DNA of 64,000 nucleotides from Octopus vulgaris (Eukaryota), in contig OX597821.1 of the NCBI GenBank assembly GCA_951406725.2, positions 62,558,001-62,622,000 on the forward strand, given 5' to 3'. The notes under the pieces were generated by a model, which did no database searches, was not told where the DNA came from, and saw only the letters and a program-made list of their open reading frames with translations. Positions 14,293 to 29,302 of the stretch are shown here, piece after piece. The position numbers and the translations under genes were made by a program. Position 1 is the stretch's first letter, and every line of letters starts with the position of its first letter.

Positions 14293-14400
14293 AGCCCGTG
14301 TGTATCGTTGGCCATTTTCTTCCTCTGTCTTCCCTTCCTTTGGACATTCCTCTATTTCTGAAGAAGAGCTTGTTTGTTCTGTGTTTGAATTCACTAATAT
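14293..14400 (+). mobile_element. Short microsatellite-flanked repeat island, homologous (inverted) to 44781-44970
   Basis: TGTGTATCGTTGGC...GTCTTCCCTTC.TTTGGAC matches the reverse complement of 44900-44950; ends near an isolated CTGAAGA box. Confidence 0.7.
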
Positions 14401-15978
14401 GTACTTATATATATATATATATATATCTGTATATATAACGCACGCATGATGGTGAAAGAAAAGATAAGCATTGCTGCGTCAGACTAACAATTCAAAAAGG
14501 TCAAGAAGTGCATAAAGAAGCGCACATATCTTGATATACACCTCATTGGAAAAAAGGATGTTATCAGTTTTTAAATAGATTAAAATCAATGAATAAAATA
14601 ATTATATGAGATGCGTGTTACAGTCGCGTAGACGATTACAGATGAGGCTCCAGTGACACGTGAATTTAAGAGCAGCCGATGTTTTGCTATAACATGTAAA
14701 ATGTTTACATCGTTGTGTACTGATCAAGAGATATAACAACAAAAAAGAAAGAAAGAAGGAAAGTTGTAAACATTTCATCCTTTCGACATTTGTTTTCCTT
14801 TCAAACTGAAAGAAATCGTTATTTTCTTAACAGTGATAAAATCTAAACAATCATATATATAATACTTGGAACTTGTTAAGTGAAATCGAGAGGGCTTCAT
14901 TGAAATGCATGGTTAAAGTTTTCTACAATAAATTATTTTAGCAGGGATTAGCAGGGGCAGAAACAAGAAACATAGCAAAGAGCACGGCTCATTTTATAAA
15001 AGCTTAATTTTAATTGTTGTCTGTCATATTTCCTGATATTACTTATGATGGCAAAAGTATGCTACCAAATTTAATCATCTTATATACGGGTGTCAATATT
15101 GCATAGAAACATAATGCGGGCGTTAATGTGTAAATGAGCTATATTCGTGTGTTTATCTGTGTAATTATCTTTAAGTCAATATTAGTAATGCTTGTGAATA
15201 AAGTGAGAGAGAGAAAATATGCTAGAGAGAAAAAAAGAGAATGATAGAAAGGGAGAAAGAAAGAACAGAGAACTAACAAACACGGACACACACGCACACA
15301 TGCACACACATTTATGTTTATTTCTAGAAATATCTGCACAGTATGATATCCACATCAACGCTAATATACAGATATACACGCAAAACTTGTCGTATACGGG
15401 ACATTGAACAAATCAGTGATTTATTCGCAATGACTATAATTCTGACAGTGTATATTCAGTGTGCAATACTTATCATCTAAGTTGAAATATAATTCATCAT
15501 CATAGGATAATTAAAATCACAACTAGACACAGACACACCTTTCTATTTTGATAACATAGACTTTATGATATCTCATAGTTCATGACGAGATAGCACTGGG
15601 GTTAGACATAAAGGCAACTGTTTGCTCCCAACACCGCTGTTGATCGTATTATTATTATTGTTGTTATCATTGCTTAGACTAGTCTAGCGATCAAATATTT
15701 GCCTTATATAATGCACTTAATGAGGGGGTAAAGTGAAATTGCTTTATCAGTGTTCGAATCATAATTACACATAACAGAAACACGTACAGTATTTGAAAAC
15801 TACTAATTTCAGTCTTTGGACAGCTGAGATACGGGTGCAACACATTTAAGTCTTTGGTTGAATCTATCGACCCCGATAAGTATTTCACTCAGTTACATAT
15901 TTCGAGGAAAACATTTGAAAATCTAGATTTTAGAATGTAAATTGTCATGCATCACATAACACATTCTTTGCAGGGCTG

Positions 15979-16138
<160 letters not shown>

Positions 16139-16367
16139 ATGCGGCCAAACGTAGGGTGACAGTTGTTCAACTATCTCTTTCGCATTCATATATTATCAGC
16201 TTAGGTCCTACTTATGAAAAAAAGGAAACCTTTATTCTATGCTAATTTAGTTAATTTTGTCAAGCTCTCTTTTCAGTTTTTAAGATAGAAATTTAGATAT
16301 AATAAAATGGTTTAAAACAAATTTTAAGTGCCAAGGTGATAAATGTAAACGTACTTTTGGGTCACCC

Positions 16368-16415
<48 letters not shown>

Positions 16416-16418
<3 letters not shown>

Positions 16419-16776
16419 TCATCATCGTTTAACGTCCGCTTTCCATGCTAGCATGGGTTGGACGATTTTGACTGAGGGCTGGCGTACCAGATAGCTGCAC
16501 AAGGCTCCAATCTTGATCTGCCAGAGTTTCTACAGATGGATGCTCTTCCTAACGCCAACAACTCCGAGAGTGTAATGGGTGCTTTTTACGTGCCTCTGGC
16601 ACGGGGACCAGTCAGGCAGTACTGGCAATGACCTCACTCGAATCTTTTTACTCATGCCACCGGCAGAGGTGCCAGGAAGGCGACGTTGGTAACGATCACG
16701 CTCGAATGGTGCTTTTTTACGTGCCACCGGCACGGAAGCCAGTTGGCTGCTCTGGCAACGATCACGCTTGGACGGT
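16416..16776 (-). mobile_element. SINE/LINE-tail retroposon (family C) with (ATG)n tail and internal subrepeats
   Basis: CATCATCATCGTTTAACGTCCGCTTTCCATGCTAGCATGGGTTGGACG terminus; repeated GGTGCTTTTTACGTGCC....GGCACGG and GGCAACGATCACGCTCG units; GC-rich relative to its flanks. Confidence 0.8.
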
Positions 16777-16792
16777 GCATGTATGTATTTGA

Positions 16793-16843
<51 letters not shown>

Positions 16844-17085
16844 CAAATACATGCATATTCACTCATGCATATATGTACGTGTATGATAAACCGACGCACA
16901 TAGGTATACATTGCATCTGTATGACTATACATAGACATACATATACATATGAATAAACATGTAAGTACAATCTTATTGACATATATATATATACACATAC
17001 ATACGTAAGTAGTTTTAAGTATATATTTATATATAAATATGTGTTTGTATATATATATTATATTCACACAGACACACAGACACAG

Positions 17086-17142
<57 letters not shown>

Positions 17143-17900
17143 AATATATCTATCTATCTATATATATATGTGTATGTATATACATAGCTATATACTACAT
17201 ACATTTGATTGTGTCTTGCTAAACACTTGAAAATCCTGCATACTTGAAATCAAAGTGATTAGGTGCGTGGTTCTGCTTTATCTATGGCAGCATGATGTCA
17301 ATTTCCGTTTTGGCATGCGTGTTGTGAAATATAAGTTGAACCGGATGACTTGTAGCATCTTTATACACACACGCATATATCATGCTTAACTTAAAATATA
17401 TAACAGTGGAATAAATGATAGCTCATAGTAAAGAATATTAATAATAATAATAATCTCATGTTACTCACCACTGAATTTAGGATTCAACAGTAATGTATTC
17501 TATTTAAATATAGTTGCATATTTCTTTCATTGAGAAAATTCAAATTCTTTTTATATTCCAATCAATAAAAAACACTGCTTCCTTTCTTAGGAACCTGCAC
17601 TGCAGAGGATTTGATAGAAGCCCGAAAATAGAGAAACGAACCTACAATAAAAAAACAAACATTTATGAGGAAACATTTATAAATTTATGCTTCAAGAATA
17701 AATAAATATGTAAATATGTTAGTATGATATGCACCAGGTAGGGTTGGATAAACGTGTGGTTCCACCCTGTGGCTCGTAAGTATCAAATTGGATATTCCCA
17801 TTGTGTACAGAGAGAAAACCATTCCTATTATTATTATGTGCCTAGGGGCTGGTCAACGCACGCGTTACGTTGAATAGTACGTTGTTGGTATGCTCTAGCG

Positions 17901-18175
17901 TAGTGGTTCTCAAGCAGTATCCATATGCCTCTGAGAGTCCCCATAAGACGTTTGGTGGGTTCTATGTAACAAAATAGATTGGAGAAATCACAATAGATTT
18001 TGAGGGCTGCTGCAAAAATTTGGCTTTAGATGTATGTATGACTTAGTACATACAGCTGGGTTTCTTACCCAAGCAATTAACATAGTTCAACCAAAGAATT
18101 TTGAAAGAAGTTTCTATGGAGGTCTACCAGAATAAAATAATAAACAAACGGGTGCATAGATAAAAGATGGTTATC
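17901..18175. mobile_element. Decayed hAT/Charlie (MER5-like) MITE
   Basis: Left end TAGTGGTTCTCAA (cf. CAGTGGTTCTCAA) preceded by target-like CTCTAGCG; right TIR only partly present (AAAAGATGGTT). Confidence 0.45.
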
Positions 18176-18215
18176 CGACAAGTCGTAAATCTCCTCAGTG
18201 AATTATAATGAAGTG

Positions 18216-18549
18216 AATAATAACATATGATGGATAATTGTTAGCTTATTACAACCGTTTCTTACGCATCTTCTTAATAAAAGAATGAGAACATTACTGC
18301 ATTACCAAAAAAGCGTAATCGTTCGATGAAGCGTAATTTTACAAACATGTCATAGATGGCCTCAACAGACTTCGGCTGTATCCTGTCCGTGCTGTATTCT
18401 TGGGATATTCTTTTGCTTGTAAAATTATGCTCCATCGATTACGGTTTTTTTGTAATGCAGTAATGTTCTCATTCTTCTATCAAAAGGGTGCGCGAGAAAC
18501 AGCTGTAATGAGTTGACAATTATCGATCGACTGTTATTACTCCTTTGAG

Positions 18550-18644
<95 letters not shown>

Positions 18645-18718
18645 ATATGTGTGTGTGCATATATATATATACACTCAAATGAGTAATAACATATGATCGA
18701 TAAATGTCAGCTCATTTT
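18216..18718. repeat. Foldback element: arms about 18216-18344 and 18417-18550, plus a third inverted copy of the terminus at 18672-18716 across a (TA)n tract
   Basis: AAGAATGAGAACATTACTGCATTAC / GTAATGCAGTAATGTTCTCATTCTT; ACTCAAATGAGTAATAACA.. is the reverse complement of ..TGTTATTACTCCTTTGAGT. Confidence 0.85.
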
Positions 18719-18966
18719 ATATATATATATGTATATATACATATATATATAATATATAATATATATAAAATAAATATTATATATATATATATATATATAT
18801 ATGTATAAATATATATACGTAAATATACATATAGTTATATACGTACATATCTACATACGTGTATACATATTTACATATACTCTCATTCATGATATAAATA
18901 TAACTTATATATAGTATAGATGTAATATGTAAATCCGTGTGTGTGTGTGTGTGTGTATATACATAT

Positions 18967-19054
<88 letters not shown>

Positions 19055-22000
19055 CTTATTGTCAGTTTAAGTCTGTGCCTATGTCGATAACGAACCGCCA
19101 ATTATTTTACATATACATGAATGTATGCACTTGACAGTAAAGTTCTCTACATACTAATTAACGCAGCGCAATGTGAGAGCATACTGCACTGATAAGGTGG
19201 GAATGCAATGAAAATTAAATTAAATTGGTTTATCAGAAGCATTGACACTTCACCTAAGAAATTTAAATAAGAGAAGCCATTAATAAGAGAATATTCTAAG
19301 TGTGATAAGAGATGTTTAGATATTTCAGTTAAACAGTCAATATATTAACTAATTCCTTTCCAAGTTGTACATTAATTTGAATAGTCGTTTGTGAAGTTAC
19401 ATGTCACGGAATTGTATGTACAATTAAAGGAGCTTCGCCTCGTTGTTATTATAGTCATGTCGGCACCGTGTTCTATTGTGATATTGTGATTAAAAAGAAC
19501 GGTGTCTTTATGAGCTTGCTCCTAACCGACATTAAACAAGTATGTTTTTACCATAAATTTGGTATAATAAACACTCGTGAATGAAATTCTCTAAAGGAAA
19601 CTGTAAGGAAGTTCATTTATGACTACACGTTCTTGCTTAATAGACGACAACAATCGCTCGATTTGACACCATCAAGTGACTTTTGTGCTTCATTAACTGT
19701 AACCATCTTTTTTTCACAAACTTTATTACTACGTTTACAATATGGTCTTAAAGATTTTTCTCCTTCTTAAATGAAACTCTTTGAAAAGGTCTGAAGTGAC
19801 GACATTCCTTTTATCATTGTGCCACAAGCATTTTCTTTAAAAGAAATTGCTTGAAAAAATTAATTTAAATATTCTGGTTTAATGTGTTTCGAGGTTAAAA
19901 TAATTTCTAATTTACTGTTTTCCCCCCTCGACATATCAAACTAAAACCTGTTTGTGGGGTTGAGTTTAAAATTTCATTAAATTTCTATCATTTCTATTTC
20001 CTTACGATTGGATAACTACTTACTTAAAGAATAGAACTAAGGATGTACGGAATATTATCGTTGGTGTTATTTTCTTGATACTGCATTTCATCGAACCTTG
20101 AAAGATGAAAATCAATTCGTCATCAATGGGAGTTGATTTTCAGTTACGGATGTAAACTAAAGATTTAAATTTTTAATTATATTATCATTGCTGAATCTGT
20201 GGGCGGCCAACGTATACGGATTACACCCAATATTGTGTTCTTATAAGCTGTTCGATTGCACATTTACATAAATTTCAGTACTCATACCAACTGCATAATA
20301 GGCCAAGGCTGAAATCTTTCACCTTTCTGTTACATGTATATCAACTTGAAATGAAAATATATAATAATGAAAAAAAAAAAACGTGACAGTATATGTAGAC
20401 GAAGCACATAGAAATCTTTACCTTTATATTATATTAATGTGCATAATGTTAAGACCTACATATGGAAAACCTTTCCGGAAACTTAAAATTTAAGAGAATA
20501 GGTGTAGATATATAAGAACGAAGAAGTGTATTAGTCATGATATATAAAGTTTAAATCGCTCCATTCATCACACCAAATAAATAGTCTATGTAAATCTACT
20601 TAATATTGCTTATGTACATCAGATTGTACCATAGAATAATGGAATATATATATAAAAACTAAGGCGAAGTTTCGAAAGAATGTCAGCTTATACACTAAAA
20701 TCATAATATAACAGACCACTTTTAAAAGTAGGTTTACAGGTATTCTTATTCTTAACAAAATTTTATACCGCCAATAATCAATCAAATCCATAAAGAACTG
20801 GAATTTGTTAACAGTATTTTTTTATTAATAGATCTGATTATATTGTATGCAGTTGTTCTCTCTCACGCTGTCTCTTTCTCTCTACATATGTATCTATCTA
20901 TCCATCTATTTATCTATCTATCTCATAAAATTTTACTTAAAGCTTGGATCGATTAAATATTGCAGTAGCTTGCATTGTATATGTAATTATATAGATTGAT
21001 ATGTAGAATGCTCCGCCATTAAGTAGTAACTGAATACAATCAGTGTACGAGTAGTTTCTTTGCTACGTCTCAAGATTTTTGTATCAAGTTTTTTACATAC
21101 AAAAAAAAAGAAGATATCAGTATATAGCTCTCCTGAATTTTACATCTAAAATTGATTGTTTGAACTGAAGTTAAAGATGACTAGAACCGACTACAATTTG
21201 TTCTATTTGATTTGCGTCTAGCTGAGATATCTATAAAATAATCGGTTTTATATTTTGCTATGATTTTGTTTTCTTACCAAATTTCTGAAAGAAAATAACC
21301 AATTCCACCTCCAGTTCTTTGTTGAATTGTTCATTTATGCTCACACATTTCTCACCATATTCATTATCTCTGCACATCGCTTCTCGATTTCTAACAATAC
21401 ACTCACGTAGTTAAGAGTCATGCTATTCTGCTTAATATCTATCGAACAGGAAAAGAGTTAAATTTTCTTTTTGTCACTTTCGTAGGAGTTTCTCTCTGCT
21501 TTTCTATGTTTGTTTCTCCATTACAATATCACTCCAGACTCCTCGTTTAAACGTTTAAATACAATATGATGTCTGGACTATTTCTTACTCATGCATATGC
21601 GTAGACTATACATTACAATAAGAATAAATATATTTATGCAACAGAGGTACACATATATACGTAGACTCCCATGCACAATTACTCAAAGCATTTAAGTGCA
21701 CGCACATATTCTCACATATCTACATTACTTCACTATTTCTCTCGAGATCAATTTTAGGTTCCTTCCTTCACCAACAATTCTACAAAGATTTCTGAATATA
21801 GGTTAAATATTCATCTGTAAACCCGAACAACAAATCAATTTATATTTCGTAGTAGCATTCAAATCATTTATTTCCTTAGATTTATTTATTCATTTATTCT
21901 TTCATTCAGTTATCCATTCATTATTTCGCCTATTCTTATTTCCTTTCTTTTATTCATTTCCAATCGCCTTATTATATATTTGATTTTTCTTTTCTTTCCA

Positions 22001-23164
22001 AATTACTTTATTTTCATTCTGACAACAGCAATTCAATTGGAGCGCTCATGTTAAACACTAAATGAACCATATTGGCAACGAGTGCACACACTTGTCTACG
22101 TGACCTACCAACCTCGCCCTCACTGGAATTTCTTCTTTATTCATTGCAAACTAAATAATATAAATCTGCTTCCTGTGTAACACGAGTCGGAGAAGAAATG
22201 GAGGAAGGAGGGTTAAGTCTAAGGAAGTCTAAGAGAGGGAATGTGCAGAAGAGATCGCTTGATAGAGAAAAAGAAAGAAAAATGTACGACTAAGATAGTG
22301 ACCAATGCTCCTTGTAAGAATTTTAATGGTATATTTATTTAATATTTTGTTGATTTTGTTATTTTTCCGGTATTATTTTTCTGCGAATGAATTATGCAAC
22401 TTATAATTATGTAAATACAGGAAGTAACTTGGTGATATGAAATGAAACTACCCACAAATTTATAAAAGAATGTATTTACGTAAATGAAAGAAAACTCAAA
22501 CAGTTTCCGCAGATGTTAAAGAAAGTAATATACACAATTTTCTTGAAAGAAATAAATAAAGACATGTTATGAAGGAAATGTTGTGTATTTCCATAGGATG
22601 TTGGTAATGAACAGAGAAACAAAATGATGATGACGATAGCGATGATTATTGAAAAACTTTAGATATGAATTCAGTTTAGGAAATATGTGTCTCTAATGCA
22701 CTTGCCATCTGAATAAATTAAATTTACTGTTTTACTTTCTAAGAAGTTACATCATAACTGATATGAAACAACCGTAGAGGATCAGAATTAGTATGTTTAG
22801 TAGAAATAAAAAGAAAGGTTTGTCTTTAACGTTATACTGATGTATCACAAAACTATAACATGAGAAAATATGTTTGAATTGATTTAATACAGATGGAATA
22901 CGAACTATGGTAGGTCAAGAAAATACAAACGTACGTACACACGCGCACAAATAAACAAGCACACACATGCACACACGACACACTCTCAGTCACACAGAGA
23001 GGAGACACTCACACAAATGCACACACATATTTATATGTAAGGAAAGACAGATACTAAGTAGAAGAGAGACGGAGAGACATGGCAGAGTGATGAATATGTG
23101 AAATATATTTTAATAAATTTTCTCGAAAGGGAATTGATAAATTAAGTTTATTCTTCCATACATA

Positions 23165-23671
<507 letters not shown>

Positions 23672-25499
23672 ATGTATATATACAAATACATAATCATTAC
23701 TGAGTGTAGCAGTATTACTATCAATAGGCAATCATTTTGTCCGAGTTGACGTAGATGACTTGTATGAAAACCCAAATCTGTGCTATTTGCCATACGATAT
23801 ACTCTGTTACAGACGCAAGGTGCATAGATCTACAAATATAAAGATATACAGCACCAGAATATAATTGGCCGCAATGGTACTATATTGCGCATTATACTGC
23901 ACGTCTTCAGAGACAGATGTCCGTGCGTTGATCGCATACCAGCCGAATCTCGCTGCCACAGTATATAGAATAAGTTAAACTTTTCGGTCACTGATGTTGC
24001 AAATATGTTGGTAATAGTCATAATAAAGAAACCTGGTTGCTAATTGCAACACCAATGGCTCAAAAAACACTGTTAATCTATATCCTGTGGCGATTTGGCT
24101 GGTATGGAAGCACCAGAACCCTGGGAATGAAGATGTGTAGTACACTGAAATTACGTGATGTAGGCAGATTTTCATCTGCTACGAGATATGTCTGTTCTTT
24201 TATGCGACATATATCATCTAAGTTATATATATATATATAGATACATATGTGTGTGTGTGTGTATTATGTATGTAGTATGTATATTTAACTGTGTTCCCAT
24301 GCTTATAATAGTTATGTATTTATGTAGCAGTTCTACTTATGTGTGCATCTCTCTTCTATATTCAAATGCGTTCAGCATGGTATTTCGTCTCCTATGATCT
24401 CTAGATTCCGAATACATATTTGCTTTGCTTAGAGAAACCTGATACAACTTTGTATTGAAAAAGGAAAAAATCCAGTGCACAAACTGCTCGAAACTGTTGA
24501 TTTATCATCCACATTTTCTTTACTCTCCTTTCTCCTAACCTGAGTAATCTCTCTCTCAATCTTAACACATGTAAGCACAAACGTATGCAACACACCTATG
24601 CACATACAGTATTATATGCACACACATATGCACATGAGTAAAATATGCAAGCACAAATATAAGTGAAAGTGTATATGGATATGTATGTTGAAATTTTACT
24701 GACTTAAAAAAAATTAGCTGCTAATTATATTTCTATGTATATGCTGCTAGGATTGAAAGAATCACTCACAATCTTTCAAATCTAACTTTTACAATATTTT
24801 TGAATCAACCACTGCTGTTTCTTATTTGTCTTCTAAGTAATCAATAAATGAATTATAAATATATATTGTTGTGTTCTTTTAATTTTTTAAAAATCTTTGT
24901 TCAATGAATATACTAAATGCACCTCACAAAGGAATCATTGGAATTAGTGTGCATAAATGCACTGAGTGACATTTCATTATTGAATAGAAATATAATATGC
25001 AGATGAAATTATTTTTAGAGAATATGAGAAAAACAAATTTGAGGAATATGGTAGATGCTTTATCTTTGAAAAAGTTTATTTACTTAACATACAAACAATT
25101 TACATTTGAAAGAGTCAGTACACAATGAATTCACTCCTGCTTGTATTTTAGCTCGGGGAATATTTTATTTTATAAGCATATGTGTATAATTAATCTATGT
25201 GTCGATTTTAATTGAAATTTCTTCCTAGATATTATCGGTAACATCACCATTCGTCTTTCATTCACATTTTCTTTGCACGTTTTTTTTTTGTGTGTCTTAC
25301 TTGCACGGAAAAGTGATTGAATCCGCTGTCACAAAAGTTTGAACTCATTTTAAGAAAACCAGGCAAAAGGAAAATAAAAAAATAAAAACTTTTCTTCTTT
25401 AGACATTACGCTAGCAAGTATTAGCTAGCATCTACTTGCGTGGTACTTTGTGGTATAACGAAACGTAAAATTGACCTCGATGGTATTAAAATTACATGT

Positions 25500-25731
25500 A
25501 AGGCAGCGAGCTGACAGAATCGTTAGCACGCCGGGCGGAATGCGTAGCCTTATTTCGTCTGCGTTACGTTCTGAGTTCAAATTCCGCCGAGGTCGACTTT
25601 GCCTTTCATCCTTTCGGGGTCGATTAACTAAGTACCAGTTACGCACTGGGGTCGATATAATCGACTTAATCCGTTTGTCTGTCCTTGGTTGTCCTCTCTG
25701 TGTTTAGCCCATTGTGGGTAGTAAATAAATA
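25500..25731 (+). mobile_element. tRNA-derived SINE family A, young full-length copy with TSD
   Basis: A-box-like GAGCTGACAGAATCG, B-box GAGTTCAAATTCC, central GACTTTGCCTTTCATCCTTTCGGGGTCGAT..TAAGTACCAG domain; 18-bp TSD GGTAT(T/G)AAAATTACATGT at 25482-25499 and 25732-25749; many retained CpGs. Confidence 0.93.
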
Positions 25732-28096
25732 GGTATGAAAATTACATGTTCTAGCGATTCTACGATCCCTGAATGTGCATGGAGTAAACAAAGCAACGTA
25801 CAGGCGACCACATTCACGTATATATCTAGACCTAATGATAGAGAGAAATGGGTGTAGCATTTAGTCAGTGTTCTATTTTCTTTGTTTAAATCAACAATTT
25901 ATGTCTGCATGCAATTTACTAAAATCTGCTCTTGTACAAAATGATTGTCACTCCAGGCTCGAGTCTTTGGTTCATATTCATAGCAAGTAATTTTGACATT
26001 GCAACTTTGAGAAATATGATAGCTTCATGTATGTGTGCGTGACAATCTGTGTCTGACGGAGAGCGCATGTTGATACTATTTTGTGGGATATAGGTTCCAT
26101 ATCGTTATTCACTTCACAGATGTGAAATATCAACTGACCTGATTTAACAATCTTTCACCATAGGGAAAGAGACGTCCGTGCGACTAATCACAGATGTTAA
26201 ACAGTTCAATATCTCTCTTAGTGTTAGTCTCTTTCTCAGATGCCTTGCAAACAGCTTGCACATGCAAGTGCTACCAGTCGAGAACTCCGCATACCGGAAG
26301 CCAGCAAGTGTATGGGATTATCAGGAAAGAATGCACGCCATTTCGGAGCCTACCTCTCGACAGCATCACTTGACACCATACACTTGATATGAGTCCCCAC
26401 TTGCTAGATCAACTGGTTATTAAATAAAGCTCACTATTTCTCTAGCCATTGCTCATCGACTCTTTTTAAACAAATCCATCTCTCATTTTCAATGTTAAAC
26501 TCGATTTCTTTCTACCTTTGTCTACCTGTATGTCTGTCTGCCTTAATACACAAATAAATAAATTTTATCCACCATGTCACCTCTATGTAAGAAAAATTCT
26601 GTTCAAATCTTGGGTGGCTGGTTGGTTGAGCCTCCAGTCAAAATTTACATCGCACAGTGACAGTAAAGTGAATGTTAACATGAGGTTAAGAATGAGTGGG
26701 ATAAAGAATTGTCGTGCGACGCATGTTATAAGGAGAGTTATAGAAATGAGAAATTTCAATTAATTAATTACATCTTAGACCTATTCCCCACAGGCTAATG
26801 TCGGCCGGGAAGCGGTGTGTCATGTTGATCTGATCTCTCCCTACTAACTTTCGATTGGTACAAAGTTTAAATTTCATATGGTGGTCAATGCAAGTAATTT
26901 TAGTTCTTGTATTGAATTACCTACTGTGACGTCAGAACTCCTACTGTGACGCAAGTGTTTCTAGGATACGTTCTGAAAATGTCAAAATGTGACCGTAAAT
27001 TTGCTACCTTTCATATGCGCGTATTTAAATTCGCCTAGAAATGTTTAAATGGCGCTTGGAAATATATTATAATATTATGTACGGTACTTCTAGTCAAATT
27101 TATATGATTCATCTAATAAAAAGACAGTTATTGCGGGGTTCGGCACGTTGTTAAATGAAATGAAAGCTGATTCTCTTCAAATGGAAATTTATGAGAGTTT
27201 CACAAATATACAGGTAATAGCAAACACGTAATAGCAATTCTCTAGTGTTGACCTTATAGCAGTCTAGTAGGACAACAGTGCAAATAAAATCGCACATGTA
27301 GTAATAGGCAGCATACACACGGATGCAATTTCCATTCTGGAAAGTAAGATTTCCTGCTTGCCAAATTTTAAAGATCTGTAAAATCTGAAGCACGAATGCA
27401 TAAACATGAAAAACGCTTCAACGAGCTACAACCGTTTAAAACTAAGCCACATATCTCTAGCACCTCTACTTACGACGTGTTGGGTAAGAGTGTTATAGAA
27501 ACCTCGTGGGGAATGAGATTAAGGTAATAAATATTGTTGTTTTCAAAAATGTATTCATTTTATTATTTCATGAGAACCAAAATATTTGAGAAAAGACAAA
27601 AATATGCGTATTGCATTGATGCCATAATTCCTGATATTAATTATGGTGGGTAAATTGTACTATAAAGCTTACTGAAATTTGACGAGTAACAGACTAGTAT
27701 AAATTCAGGCATAGCTATTTCTTGTATTAGTGTTATTTGAGTGAATCGTATTATGTATCAATCTTGTTTTGAAATACTGATACTGTTTATATCTGAATGG
27801 GTTATATTTTCAATGGTCTAGCGTTGGTAATATAAAAACCTGTGAATGTATCCCTCAGCTTAGTCGAAACTGTCTATTGTATCAAAATTAGATATGTGCT
27901 TACTGAAAAGAGATCAATATTATGGTGCAATTTTGAGTCAGTTTGCATGGAAATATCTTTGTTCTTGCTATAACAATGTCATTAAATACTCACATGTTGG
28001 CCGATATGCGGATTATGAAATCAATATTACTACACCGAGCACTTTCTAATAACCAGAAATATTTATTATATACATAAATACACACTCATATACAAT

Positions 28097-28151
<55 letters not shown>

Positions 28152-28296
28152 TACATATATACATATATACTTATATACATATACACACATACACACACAC
28201 ATACACACAATATAAATATATATATAAATATATATATATACATATATACATATATACATATATACATACATATATATATATATATATATACATATA

Positions 28297-28341
<45 letters not shown>

Positions 28342-28544
28342 CACTAAGCACACTTACATATATCCACACACACACACACACTCATATATATGTATATGAC
28401 TTAGCACACTTACATACGCGGTAAAATCAAACCATTTTAGGAGAAACTTATAAAAGAAATGTGGCACGTAAGAATTAGGTAGGTAGATCTACTGTTATTA
28501 TAACACTGATATAAGCGACGAGAGATTACTGTAAAGCATTTCAA

Positions 28545-28885
28545 ATATGTGTGTGTATATGTCTGTGTGTCTGTGTGTGCATGTGTGCTTGTGTGTGTTT
28601 GTCACATACCACCTGTTCACAGGTGGTGTTCGTGTGTTTGTGTCCGCGTATTCTAGTGGTTCCGTAAAGAAGGAACTGAGAGAATATGTACCAGCTTTTA
28701 CAAGTATGTCCTGGGGTCGATTCATTCGGCTAAAGCATCGTCAAAGCAGTGATCTAACATGTCTGCTGCAGCTATGTGACTTAAACACTACACGTGTGAT
28801 TGTGTGGTAAGAAGCTTAATTCCAAGACCACATGATTCCGGGTTCAGTCCCACAGCATGGCACCATAGACAAATGTATTCTACCT
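28545..28885 (+). mobile_element. SINE family B fragments (3' body followed by a second 5' head)
   Basis: AAGTATGTCCTGGGGTCGATTCATTCGGCTAAA; then GTGTGGTAAGAAGCTT...CACATGATTCCGGGTTCAGTCCCACAGCATGGCACC. Confidence 0.75.
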
Positions 28886-29016
28886 TCGAATGTCAATATA
28901 TTAAGACATTTTTTTCTTAACATGAAAACAATGGTAGACTTAATGTACAAATAAAGAAATTCTATATATACAACAATGCAGTGTTGACTGCTCAATCACA
29001 TCGGTCGACATTTGCC

Positions 29017-29051
<35 letters not shown>

Positions 29052-29114
29052 GGTGTTTAAATAAGTTTTATATATATATATATATATATATATGGTGTTT
29101 AAATAAGTTATATA

Positions 29115-29187
<73 letters not shown>

Positions 29188-29249
29188 CTCTACCACTGGT
29201 ATTTGAGTACTCTTTTTCCACCTTGTTTCACATTTATGTGTTTACTCCG

Positions 29250-29302
<53 letters not shown>

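Noticed and set aside
16570-16776. CRISPR-like spaced repeats
   Set aside because: Eukaryotic context, imperfect repeats internal to a retroposon, no unique constant-length spacers or cas genes.
17469-17600. Minus-strand exon candidate (TCCTCTGCAG acceptor, GTGAGT donor)
   Set aside because: All three frames contain stops; splice-like motifs are expected by chance in 64 kb and there is no transcript evidence.
23870-23920. Minus-strand CTGAAGA followed by a GTGCA/TGCGC hairpin
   Set aside because: Lacks GAAA and a stem I partner.
26919-26951. CCTACTGTGACG x2 including a TGACGTCA (CRE) site
   Set aside because: A short local duplication; a single 8-mer is insufficient to call a regulatory element.
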